From assembly GCA_965218295.1 (NCBI GenBank), contig CBDCKN010000012.1:64001-128000 (forward strand): a stretch of 64,000 bases of DNA, in the 5' to 3' direction. The DNA comes from Longimicrobiales bacterium (GTDB lineage: Bacteria; Gemmatimonadota; Gemmatimonadetes; Longimicrobiales; Gaopeijiaceae). Position numbers and translations under genes: made by a program. How positions within the stretch are numbered: position 1 is the first letter of the stretch; each line of letters begins with the position of its first letter. Shown piece after piece: positions 51,058-59,768 of this stretch. The notes under the pieces were generated by a model. It was not told the origin of the DNA. It ran no database searches and worked only from the letters and a program-made list of their open reading frames with translations.

Positions 51058-51810
51058 ATGGGGAACGCAGATTCGAAGGTGGCGCTGGTGACAGGCGGTG
51101 CCCAACGCATCGGCGCCCAGCTGTGCCGAGCCCTCCACGAAGCCGGCTATGACGTTGCGTTGCACTACCGGAGCTCCGTCGACGCCGCCGGGGCCCTCGC
51201 CGCCGAGCTCAACGGTCTGAGGGATGGATCAGTGACCTGTTTCCACGCGACGCTGGGGGATCGTAGCGCCGCGGAAGAGTTGGCGGGCGAGGTCATCGAC
51301 CAATTCGGCGGCGTGAACCTGCTGGTCAACAATGCTTCGAGCTTTTACCCCACGCCCATCGGCAGCGTACGCGAGGAGGACTGGAACTCGCTCGTCGGTA
51401 GCAACCTCAAGGGGCCGTTCTTTCTCAGCCAGGCGCTGGCGGATAGCCTCGGGCAAAATCGGGGAAGCATCGTCAATCTGATCGACGTCTACGCCGAGAG
51501 GCCGCTGGCCAATCATTCCGTGTACAGCATGACCAAGGCCGGGCTAGCCATGTTGACCAAGTCCTTGGCCCGAGATCTGGCGCCGGCGGTTCGGGTGAAC
51601 GGCATTTCCCCCGGGGTGATCCTGTGGCCCCAGAGCGGCGCAGCGGAGGATGGTGAGGAGGAGCGGCGACGGCGCTTGCTGAAGCGGGTACCGCTCGGGT
51701 CCCAGGGAGATCCTCGGGATATCGCGGAGGCGCTCCTGTTTCTAGCCGAGCGAGCCCCGTATATCACCGGTCAGATCATCGCGGTCGACGGCGGTCGTAG
51801 CCTGACCTGA
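51058..51810 (+). CDS. folM: Pteridine (dihydromonapterin) reductase
   Basis: TGGAQRIG, HY, VNNASSFYPT, YSMTK, RVNGISPG. Confidence 0.85.
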   Translation: MGNADSKVALVTGGAQRIGAQLCRALHEAGYDVALHYRSSVDAAGALAAELNGLRDGSVTCFHATLGDRSAAEELAGEVIDQFGGVNLLVNNASSFYPTPIGSVREEDWNSLVGSNLKGPFFLSQALADSLGQNRGSIVNLIDVYAERPLANHSVYSMTKAGLAMLTKSLARDLAPAVRVNGISPGVILWPQSGAAEDGEEERRRRLLKRVPLGSQGDPRDIAEALLFLAERAPYITGQIIAVDGGRSLT

Positions 51811-51856
51811 CCGTACCCGTTCGTGCCGTCCGGCAAGGGGGCAGATGGGGACTCAT

Positions 51857-52375
51857 TCAGGTCCCCGTTCTGGAGATCCACACCCCGTCCCAGATGAAAT
51901 CCACCCGCCCCAGCTTCTGCTCACCCTTATCGAAGTCCCGCCACAAGTCGGCGTAGCTCCGCTGGGCAACCGGGTGGACCTCCGCCCCCGCAACCTCCGC
52001 CAGAGGCCACAAGATAAAGGCGCTTTCGGTGATCTCCTTCCGAGGGAGCGAGACGCCATCGACCAAGCCCGTCGCGTCGGCATAGGTCAGCAGGTCCAGG
52101 TCCAGCGTGCGAGGGCTGAACCGCGGAGTGTCGCGGCTTCGCCCCCGGTCGTCCTCGATCTTCCGCAAGGTTTCAGCCAACTCACCGACCGTCTGCCCGG
52201 TATCCACCCCCACCACCAGGTTGTAGAAGGGGTCGCCCTCGAATCCTACCGATTCGCCCTCGAAGACAGAGGACAAACGGAGCTCTCCGTAGGCGGCGGA
52301 CAGGGCGTCCAAGGAGGCCGTCACGTTGCGCTCGCGATCGATATTGCTGCCTACGCTGATATACGCACGAGCCAC
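51857..52375 (-). CDS. folK: 6-hydroxymethyl-7,8-dihydropterin pyrophosphokinase
   Basis: ISVGSNI, FYNLVV, PRTLDLDLL. Confidence 0.93.
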   Translation of the reverse strand: MARAYISVGSNIDRERNVTASLDALSAAYGELRLSSVFEGESVGFEGDPFYNLVVGVDTGQTVGELAETLRKIEDDRGRSRDTPRFSPRTLDLDLLTYADATGLVDGVSLPRKEITESAFILWPLAEVAGAEVHPVAQRSYADLWRDFDKGEQKLGRVDFIWDGVWISRTGT

Positions 52376-52732
52376 CTAGGTGCGCTCTCCCCGCTCGATG
52401 ACGACGCCCACGTCGGTCGCTCCCGTGACCGCACCGGGCTTACTCACTCGCAGGCGCAGCCAGGTCACCCCGAACTCCTCGCGTATGATGTCCGAGACTC
52501 TCTCAGCCATCGTCTCCACCAGCAGAAACTCGGTCCCTTCGACGAAGGCGATGAGCCGCTTGGCCACCCCCTTATAGTCTATCGTCTCCGCAATATCGTC
52601 GCTGTCGGCTGCCCTACGGATATCGGTGGCCATCTCGAGATCGAGACTCACGGTCTGCCGCACCTCGCGCTCCCAGTCGTTGATCCCGATGATGGTGTCG
52701 ATCGTCAGGTCACGGATGTACACAATGTCCAT
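52376..52732 (-). CDS. folB: Dihydroneopterin aldolase
   Basis: IIGINDWEREVRQ, IDY, LVETMAE, KPGAV; RBS GGAGG. Confidence 0.95.
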   Translation of the reverse strand: MDIVYIRDLTIDTIIGINDWEREVRQTVSLDLEMATDIRRAADSDDIAETIDYKGVAKRLIAFVEGTEFLLVETMAERVSDIIREEFGVTWLRLRVSKPGAVTGATDVGVVIERGERT

Positions 52733-52746
52733 ATCGCCTCCTGGGC

Positions 52747-52830
52747 TAGTATGGTGTCCCAGAAGTGTCTCGGCCATTCGAGGCGCCCGGACCCTCTTGG
52801 TGGCTCGCGAATTTCCGCAACGGAACATTA
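52747..52830. repeat. MITE-like element, copy 3 (short, inverted, chimeric ends)
   Basis: Reverse complement carries TTCGCGAGCCACCAAGAGGG and TCGAATGGCCGAGACACT; abuts the TAA stop of the merC-like gene. Confidence 0.8.
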
Positions 52831-53265
52831 GTCGCCGTGGGCCGGGCATGCGCACGGCCCGCAGGCGGTCTGGTGCCTGAGCCGGCCGTTCCAGAATAGT
52901 GCGCCGGCCACGAGCAGGCCACCCAGGGGCGACATGGCCGCCTCGGGCAACGGCTCCAGCCACCCGGCCACAGACGTGCTCCACACGGCGAAGCCGGCCG
53001 CGGCCATCAACCACACCGCTCCGTTACCATGGAGCCGCCAGGAAGTGGCCAGGCTCGCCAGGGCCAGGACCGCGGAAGCGGCAAGAAGCCACCCTTCGAG
53101 GGCGTGGGTGGCGGCGAAGAACGGGAGGGTGGACACGAGCACCGGAGCCACGACGCAGTGGATGGTGCAGATCGTCGGCAACGCGCCGATCCACGCGGCT
53201 TTAGGGTCTGCGCCCGCGCGCTCACCCCCGCCTGTCACGTCCTTCCAGGTCGATCCCGAGTTCAT
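52828..53265 (-). CDS. MerC-family membrane protein
   Basis: ICTIHCVVAPVL, RLH, four TM helices, C-terminal CGPCACPAH. Confidence 0.8.
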   Translation of the reverse strand: MNSGSTWKDVTGGGERAGADPKAAWIGALPTICTIHCVVAPVLVSTLPFFAATHALEGWLLAASAVLALASLATSWRLHGNGAVWLMAAAGFAVWSTSVAGWLEPLPEAAMSPLGGLLVAGALFWNGRLRHQTACGPCACPAHGD

Positions 53266-53335
53266 CCCTTCCTGGCCCCCCGCGGAGTATCCATCGCCGC
53301 CGGTGTGAACCGGCAGGGCTTGAACCTGACTAAAC

Positions 53336-53349
53336 GATAATCGATTATC
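53336..53349. promoter_or_regulatory. Fur/Zur-family operator-like palindrome
   Basis: Perfect palindrome GATAATCGATTATC between the divergent merC-like and Fur-family genes. Confidence 0.65.
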
Positions 53350-53425
53350 AAGAGGGGGCGTTCCCTCCGGGCGCCGGAAGCCCGAAGCGTCGGAGGACCG
53401 ACGGTCACTTCAGTCTGTGGAGCAC

Positions 53426-53794
53426 ATGGAACGGGATACGAAGCAACGCCGCGCCATTCGCGAGGTCTTCGCCCGGGAGCGACGGCCCCTCAGCACCGAC
53501 GAAGTGCTGGCGGCCGGCCAGGCTCTGGTTCCCTCGCTGGGGATCGCGACCGTCTACCGCAACATCAAAGCTCTACTGAGCGAAGGGTGGCTACACCCCG
53601 TGGAGCTCCCTGGCGAGCCACCTCGCTACGAGCGGGGCGGCCGCCCCCACCACCATCACTTCATCTGTCGGGAGTGCGGCCAGGCGTACGACGTGGAGGC
53701 ATGCCCCAAGGACGTGGAGCGACTGGCGCCCGCCGGTTTCCGGGTGGAGGCCCACGAGCTGGTGCTCTATGGGCGTTGCCCCGGATGCTGTTGA
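53426..53794 (+). CDS. Fur-family transcriptional regulator (possibly Zur)
   Basis: TKQRRAI, LGIATVYRN, HHHHFICRECG, LYGRCPGC. Confidence 0.9.
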   Translation: MERDTKQRRAIREVFARERRPLSTDEVLAAGQALVPSLGIATVYRNIKALLSEGWLHPVELPGEPPRYERGGRPHHHHFICRECGQAYDVEACPKDVERLAPAGFRVEAHELVLYGRCPGCC

Positions 53795-53829
53795 CCCATC
53801 GACGAAGCCCCGTGCGTGCGTGCGAGCGC

Positions 53830-54061
53830 CCCCAGTGCTGTAGAGCAGGTCCAAAGGTTACGTTGGATCGTACTTTCTCTCCATGCCCGCAGGACGTTTC
53901 CGCCCGCAAGCTTCGCCAAATCTTCCTCGCTCCATCCCCGGCGCGAAAGCTCGGCGAACAAGGCCGGGAAGGTCGACCCCTGCGACGTCACGGATGTGCT
54001 CGATGTGGTCCGCCACGTCGCCCAACATCGCCCTCGGAGCGTCTTCCGGCCCTTCGTACAC
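53830..54061 (-). pseudogene. Membrane dipeptidase (M19) remnant
   Basis: PRAMLGDVADHIEHIRDVAGVD is joined to FPALFAELSRRGWSEEDLAKLAGGNVLR in another frame; the intervening GSDFDG segment is absent. Confidence 0.7.
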
Positions 54062-54213
54062 CTCATTCTTCCAAGGGGAGACAACCGTTACGCCCCTCGG
54101 GAGGGCTTAGCAAGGGAGCGGGCCGGAACGACAACATGACCCATCGGGATCCACAGGATCTCATACTGCAGGTGGTCGTGCGGATCGCCTCCGGCTGGCC
54201 GGAATCGCAGGCG

Positions 54214-55437
54214 TCAATCAGACCCGAACACGCCTATGCTGTCGGGAGCCAGAGCGCGGAGGTATCGCTTGAGCGTGATGTGTTCGCCACTGGCTATGTC
54301 CACGATGGAGATCGCCAGCTCGTACGTGTCCTGCCCGTGCTGGTCGGCGCGGATGACCCGCCCAAGCGCGCTCACTTTCTGGTCGTTGTCGGGAAGTATC
54401 AGCGTAAACTCGACGAGGCTGTTCACAGGTACGGGGCGATCTACGTTGACGCGGAGGCTCCGCTCGCTGATGTCCAGCGTAGAAAACGGCCGGCTTTCTA
54501 CGTCGAAGACCCGGTATTCACCCTCAACAACGGTATCGATCCGCCGGTGCGCCCGCCGATTGGCGCCATAGAGTTGGACCTGGTTCTTGCCACGGGCCTT
54601 GGCGATATACATGGCCCGGTCTGCGCACCGAATAAGGTCATCGGTAGTCACGGCGTCGAGGGGATAGTTCGCGACTCCAAAGCTCATCGTGACGCGGTGC
54701 ATGGGGTCGTCGGCCGACAACTCGAGGTCGCCGATGGCTTCACATATCCGATCGGCAACCACTGCGGCATCGTCCTTGGATGTTTCGGGCATGACGAGCA
54801 CGAACTCCTCACCTCCGTAACGCGCCGTAACGTCTTCTTCCCTGCCGGCCTCTACCAGCGTGCGCGCAACGACTCGGAGCGTCGAGTTTCCTTGGGTGTG
54901 GCCGAACCGGTCGTTGTAGTCCTTGAAGTTGTCGATGTCGCCCATCGCGATCGAGAAGGACGCGCCGTGTCTTTCGCAGCGGTGCACCTCCCAACCCAGA
55001 TATTCCTGGAAGAAGCGAAAGTTATGAAGACCGGTGAGCTCGTCTCTGTACGCCGAGGCCTGGGTCTCCTCGAAGACCTTGAGCTCGATCAGCTTCGGAT
55101 TCTGGAGCTGACGGTTCACCTGCACGAAGTAGCTTACGAGCGCTACGGATACATCGACCTCGGACTCGAGTGCCTCCTCCATGGCTTCCCGATGGCCGAT
55201 CACCGCGCGCCAGTGCCGTTCCGCCTCCCCCTCCTCGAAACGTATGTGTGAGAGCAGGTAGAGCAGCTCGGAGTACACCATCGCTCCCTCGCTCTGAGCG
55301 AGATCCTCGAGCTCGGCTACCAGACGGTCGAGTCCGAGATCGTCCCGGTAGAGAAGGGCGTAGATGGCTTCTGTGACTTCCGGACGCCAGGGAACCACGT
55401 CGGCGTCCGGAGGTGGGTCGGCTGGGTCGATTGACAT
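54214..55437 (-). CDS. Diguanylate cyclase with a C-terminal PilZ domain
   Basis: DELTGLHN, DIDNFKDYNDRFGH, I-site REED, RYGGEEF; PilZ RRAHRR...DISERS. Confidence 0.88.
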   Translation of the reverse strand: MSIDPADPPPDADVVPWRPEVTEAIYALLYRDDLGLDRLVAELEDLAQSEGAMVYSELLYLLSHIRFEEGEAERHWRAVIGHREAMEEALESEVDVSVALVSYFVQVNRQLQNPKLIELKVFEETQASAYRDELTGLHNFRFFQEYLGWEVHRCERHGASFSIAMGDIDNFKDYNDRFGHTQGNSTLRVVARTLVEAGREEDVTARYGGEEFVLVMPETSKDDAAVVADRICEAIGDLELSADDPMHRVTMSFGVANYPLDAVTTDDLIRCADRAMYIAKARGKNQVQLYGANRRAHRRIDTVVEGEYRVFDVESRPFSTLDISERSLRVNVDRPVPVNSLVEFTLILPDNDQKVSALGRVIRADQHGQDTYELAISIVDIASGEHITLKRYLRALAPDSIGVFGSD

Positions 55438-55520
55438 TCACGCTCCGAGAAAGGGTGGGTCCAGCAAGATGAACTACCAGAGGTCTCTTGGCAAAGGCTA
55501 CTCATACCGGCACTCGGGCT

Positions 55521-55988
55521 TCAGCTCCGTCGCACCAGCTCGTACAAGTAGCCGACGGCCCGGACGCCTTCGTCGTCGTGAAATGGCACCAGAACTCGCC
55601 GGTACTCATCCCCCTCGAAGGCATCGAGGCGGTCCCAGTAAGCAGGTAGATCGTCCGATGTGAAGAGGTATGCCGGCACCCGTGAGCCCGCCGGGTCCCA
55701 CTGGAGCGCCGGGTAGCCGATGTGCGCTCCCCAGCCCTGCTCGTGCAGAATCCCCGTGACCCAGCCCTCCCGCCACTCTCCGGCCAGCTCTTCCATCTGA
55801 TCGTGGTTCGAGCCCCCGGGGCCAAGGCTCCCGTACACGATCAGATGCCTGTGCGCCCCGAAGAGCGCCTCCACGGCGGAGTTGATCGCCATCCGCATCT
55901 CGGAAGAGATGGCGGTGTCTCCGAGTATGGAGTTCAGTCCGGTCAGCCCCGATGCGAGCGAATGCAATCCGATGGGGAGGTCCGTCAC
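55521..55988 (-). CDS. Gamma-glutamylcyclotransferase (AIG2-like) family protein
   Basis: VYGSLGPG, GYPAL, LDAFEGDEYRR. Confidence 0.8.
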   Translation of the reverse strand: MTDLPIGLHSLASGLTGLNSILGDTAISSEMRMAINSAVEALFGAHRHLIVYGSLGPGGSNHDQMEELAGEWREGWVTGILHEQGWGAHIGYPALQWDPAGSRVPAYLFTSDDLPAYWDRLDAFEGDEYRRVLVPFHDDEGVRAVGYLYELVRRS

Positions 55989-56132
55989 GGTCCCCGCTCC
56001 GGCCTGAGCCCGTCTCGGCCACGGTAGTAGCCCATCAACGACCGGCCTCCTTCCGCGCATCGATCGGAGCCGGCCATGGACGGGCCGACTCCGGTCCGGG
56101 CGAGGCCGACGCGAGCGGCCACCGACGGGTCG

Positions 56133-57740
56133 TCAGTTCGCCCCGCCGGCCTCGTCGGATATGGGACGGCTCGGCGGATAGTCGACGCCCAGCTGCTCGA
56201 GATACGTATCGTACTTGGTCGGGTCGTAGCGGAGCTTCTCGAGCATGGGGCGGAAGCGCTCCATCTTCTCCGCGTTGAGGAACGTGGGAGGCGCCGTCCC
56301 CTCGGGGATCAAGGACTCCCACTGGTAGTCCTTGGTAGTCACCTCTCGGTGGTAGGTCCAAGCCTCCTCCACCAGATCCGGATCGTTGGCGAGCTCCACG
56401 GCGGTCATGGCGATGACCCGGGCGCCGTAGTTCGCCCCTTGATGTGCGATGGGAGTTGCCATTGCGATGCCACTGGACCAGTGGTGCCCTGTCATGCCCG
56501 GGATGTTACCGGGGTAGCGGAGGCGGATGGTCGGTAGATTCCAGGAGAGCTCTGCAATGTCATCGCTCCCTCCGCCCATACCCTGGTCCGACTCCTCGAG
56601 CTCATCTTTCACCTCGGTGGGGAGGCCGTCCCTCTCGTCCGCCTCCATCGTCCGCTGAGCCGCCTTAGCCAGGGCCTGGTCCGCGTCGCTCCACTCCGGC
56701 ATCCCCACCGCCACCAAGTTCGCGTGCATCCGCTCGGCCAGAGGCTTGCTCATGTTTGACGGCCAGGCGGCGCCCAGGACCCGCTCGGTCACCTCGGTGT
56801 TGGTCATGAGCGCGGCACCCGCTGCCATCTTCTGACCGATCTCATGAAGATCCTTGATGCGGGAGTAGTCGAGCTCCCGGAAGTAGTACCAGACGGAGGC
56901 CTCGGACGGGACTACGTTGGGCTGATTGCCACCGTTTGAGATGATGTAGTGTGAGCGCTGTTGAAGCCTCAGGTGCTCTCTCCGGAAGTTCCAGCCCACG
57001 TTCATGAGCTCTACGGCGTCGAGGGCGCTGCGGCCGGCCCACGGCGAGCCCGCTCCGTGGGCTGACTGGCCGTGGAAGGTGAACATGGTCGAGACCAGGC
57101 CCGAGCCCGAGATGCCCCAGGCGGTGGTGAAGTTCCGGCTGATGTGTGACGAGAGCATTACGTCCATGTCCTCGAACAGACCGCTGTTCACCATGTAGGT
57201 TCGGCTCGACACCAGCTCTTCGGCCACCCCCGGAATCACCTTGAGGGTGCCGGTGAGCCCGTGCTTCTCCATCACCCGCTTGGCGGCGATGACGCCCACG
57301 ACGTCCACGGCCGCCGCGCTGTTGTGGCCCTCACCATGGCCCGGTCCGCCCTCGATGAGGGGGTCGTGGTTCGGAACACCCGGCCTCTGGGAGGTCTCGG
57401 GAAGGCCGTCGATGTCACCCATGAAGCCGATGACCGGGTGACCGCTTCCCCACGACGCCACATAGCACGTGGGTATGTCGGAGCAGCCCGTCTCGATGGT
57501 GAAACCCTCCGCCTCCAGGATTCCGGTGATGTACTCCATGGTCCAGAATTCCTGGAATCCGAGCTCCGAGAAGGAGAAGATCATGTCCACCATCTCCTGG
57601 GAGAGCTTCTCCATGGAGATGACCTCCTTGAGCGCCTCGTCCTTCAGGTCGTCGGTGGACTGGCCGGCCGACGGAGCGGGGGGAAGGGTGAGGCCGAGGC
57701 AGATGGAGAGAGCGGGGAGGGGATCGCCTAGGCGTGCCAT
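56133..57740 (-). CDS. M20 amidohydrolase, AbgB-like
   Basis: ELGFQE, GHGEGHN, AEE, GRSALDAVELM, REHL, GSDD. Confidence 0.85.
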   Translation of the reverse strand: MARLGDPLPALSICLGLTLPPAPSAGQSTDDLKDEALKEVISMEKLSQEMVDMIFSFSELGFQEFWTMEYITGILEAEGFTIETGCSDIPTCYVASWGSGHPVIGFMGDIDGLPETSQRPGVPNHDPLIEGGPGHGEGHNSAAAVDVVGVIAAKRVMEKHGLTGTLKVIPGVAEELVSSRTYMVNSGLFEDMDVMLSSHISRNFTTAWGISGSGLVSTMFTFHGQSAHGAGSPWAGRSALDAVELMNVGWNFRREHLRLQQRSHYIISNGGNQPNVVPSEASVWYYFRELDYSRIKDLHEIGQKMAAGAALMTNTEVTERVLGAAWPSNMSKPLAERMHANLVAVGMPEWSDADQALAKAAQRTMEADERDGLPTEVKDELEESDQGMGGGSDDIAELSWNLPTIRLRYPGNIPGMTGHHWSSGIAMATPIAHQGANYGARVIAMTAVELANDPDLVEEAWTYHREVTTKDYQWESLIPEGTAPPTFLNAEKMERFRPMLEKLRYDPTKYDTYLEQLGVDYPPSRPISDEAGGAN

Positions 57741-57867
57741 TGGATTACTCCTTGAGCGTCTTATCATGGAAGAACGGCCAATATCGAGGGCAACACGGTG
57801 CGACGGTGCGCCACCCACCTGGGGGGCCCCGTGATGTGCCACTGGGCCGACCGGTCGTCGCTCTGGC

Positions 57868-58410
57868 CTAGACCTCGGTGGTGGGAGCACCCCTGAGGAG
57901 AACCATGCCCAGCCCTCCGGCGAGACCGATCATGAGGCCGATCACGCCCCAACCGGCGCCGCTCGTGGAGCGCTCGATGATCATCTCGTCGGCCCGGGCC
58001 ACAGACGCCTCCGCCTCATCGTGTCCGGTGGCCTCTTCACGGCTGTGCTCGGTCACCGCCGGCGCCGAGGCAGCCAGAACCGTGATGTCGAGGGCGGTTG
58101 CCCGCTCGCCACTTGGCTCATACGCGACCATCTGGTACGCGCCGGGCCGGGCGTCAGCGGGAATCTCGAGGTCGATGGTGAAGCCACCCTCGTCGTTGGC
58201 CGTCGCCTCGCCGAGCGGATGCTCGTCGAACACGCCCACGAGGACCAACGACACGGTCATGCCATCCGGAAAGTCCGCACCCACGAGCGGAAGGACCTGA
58301 CCGGCCCCCACCGACTCCAGCGCACTCTTCAGAACGGCTCCGTGAACCGCAGCCATCAGGACTGCGACCAAGGCCAGCGACACTACGCTACCGACGATGC
58401 GAGCAGACAT
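57868..58410 (-). CDS. Exported protein with a C-terminal membrane anchor
   Basis: Signal peptide, beta-rich core (PADARPGAY), His/acidic linker, C-terminal TM; RBS GGAGGG. Confidence 0.65.
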   Translation of the reverse strand: MSARIVGSVVSLALVAVLMAAVHGAVLKSALESVGAGQVLPLVGADFPDGMTVSLVLVGVFDEHPLGEATANDEGGFTIDLEIPADARPGAYQMVAYEPSGERATALDITVLAASAPAVTEHSREEATGHDEAEASVARADEMIIERSTSGAGWGVIGLMIGLAGGLGMVLLRGAPTTEV

Positions 58411-58428
58411 GTCCTACTCCCTCCTCCA

Positions 58429-59433
58429 TCACATGATGTGCTCTTGAACCTCTCCGAACACACCGTACAGCCAGAGACCCAGTATAATGACACCCAACGC
58501 GATTCCCATCCACCCCACCCACCCGTGCCGGCCCGGCGTGTCGTCCTCGCGTCGATCGAGCAGCGGTACCGCCATCAGGAAGAGGAAGACGGCCGTGGGG
58601 CCGAGGACAATCCCCCATGCTCCCAGCAGGTTCTCCAGGCCGTACACCCAGAGCACGGGCCAGAAGGGCTTCGTAATCTCCACGCCCGGCACCGCCGGGT
58701 AGCCGATCCCCTCCGGAGCCAGAACGGCCAGGACACCCAACCCCGCGAAGAGCAGGAGGCTGTATCCGGTCAAACGCGTGGCATGACCTCGGAATAGTCC
58801 TGTCTGCGATGAGTCGGCGTGAATCCCCAGATGGCGGATGAGCCAGAAGTGCAGCGCGATGAGCGCCACGAGCAGTAGGGGCAGGAGGCTCGTGTGGAGA
58901 CTGAAGATCCGCGACAGGAGCGAGGTGCTCGGCGTGAAGTCGTCGGTGAAGAACGCACCGAAGGCTCCCGTCATGTTGCCACCGGCGACGAAGTGGAGCA
59001 GTGCCTCGAACCCCTCCTGATCGTATCGCAGAGTGGTCCCTGTCACCACCAGCAGAAAGATGAGGGCGGCCATGAGCACACCGGCCCACCACGTGATCTC
59101 CCGGGGCCGTTTGTACGACCGTCTCCAGAAGACGTAGGCCAGATGAGCGGTCACAGTCACCACCAGGGCACCGGACGCCAGGGAGTGCAGGCTGCGAATC
59201 CAGTCACCGAGAGGAGCACGACTTATGATGTAGAGGACGCTGTCGTGGGCGCCTTGGGTCGTGGGATTGTAGAACTGGGCCATGTACAAGCCGGTGACGA
59301 TGATCACCAGGATGAGGAAGGCGGTCATTCCCCCGAGCATGTACTTCCAGTGGTCCGTGGACTTCGGTACCTCGTAGTCGAGGGCACCGATGGCAAGACG
59401 TTCCTCGAGTGCTCCGCGCAGCTTTCCGCTCAC
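58429..59433 (-). CDS. Cytochrome b (b/b6-type, PetB-like)
   Basis: TGLYMAQFY, IRSLH...AHL, RPREITWWAG, FSLH...LHF (four haem His); KPFW where PEWY is usual. Confidence 0.85.
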   Translation of the reverse strand: MSGKLRGALEERLAIGALDYEVPKSTDHWKYMLGGMTAFLILVIIVTGLYMAQFYNPTTQGAHDSVLYIISRAPLGDWIRSLHSLASGALVVTVTAHLAYVFWRRSYKRPREITWWAGVLMAALIFLLVVTGTTLRYDQEGFEALLHFVAGGNMTGAFGAFFTDDFTPSTSLLSRIFSLHTSLLPLLLVALIALHFWLIRHLGIHADSSQTGLFRGHATRLTGYSLLLFAGLGVLAVLAPEGIGYPAVPGVEITKPFWPVLWVYGLENLLGAWGIVLGPTAVFLFLMAVPLLDRREDDTPGRHGWVGWMGIALGVIILGLWLYGVFGEVQEHIM

Positions 59434-59583
59434 GCGCTCTGGTCTCACTTGAAGGGATGGGTCGGGGTCTCGTCGCACGGCAATGGAGCCTAGGCTACGA
59501 AAGCGAACGTCGTTTGGGCAAGTCCGACTGTGGCGCATCGACGGTGGGGCGGCATCGCACAGAGCTCAACCCCCCCAAACGCG

Positions 59584-59618
59584 AGAGAGGCCGAAACCAC
59601 ACGGGTCTCGGCCCCTCG
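59584..59618 (-). terminator. Strong hairpin downstream of the putative 6S RNA
   Basis: Stem-loop GAGGGGCCGAGACC...GGTTTCGGCCTCTC. Confidence 0.5.
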
Positions 59619-59621
59619 AAG

Positions 59622-59768
59622 CGTACCAGAGGGGAATTATTGAAGCCCAGGGACACTTTTGGTGACTTCCCGCCGGGTTCCGCCTTCCCCTCTCGGGGCA
59701 TGACGTCGACCAGCAGAGTCAGTCCCGGCTTCACGGGTGTTGGCTCAATAAACGAGCCCCCCAGCACG
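59622..59768 (-). ncRNA. ssrS: Probable 6S RNA
   Basis: Rod-like fold by eye: CGTGCTGGGGGG/CCCTCTGGTACG outer stem, TTATTGAGCC/GGCTTCAATAA stem, central bubble starting AACACC, TCTGCTGG/CCGGCGGG and CCCC-GAGA-GGGG terminal stems. Upstream promoter-like TAGACA-N18-TATATT. Confidence 0.6.

Noticed and set aside
53587..55251. 554-aa plus-strand ORF, and similar long ORFs such as 24606-26030, 28453-29766 and 21521-22783
   Set aside because: Antisense shadows of well-supported genes in GC-rich DNA, with no recognisable motifs.
57823..57842. GGGCCCCGTGATGTGCCA, similar to the cassette core site at 17889-17905
   Set aside because: The critical GTT/AAC triplet is mismatched and there is no attC hairpin; may be chance.
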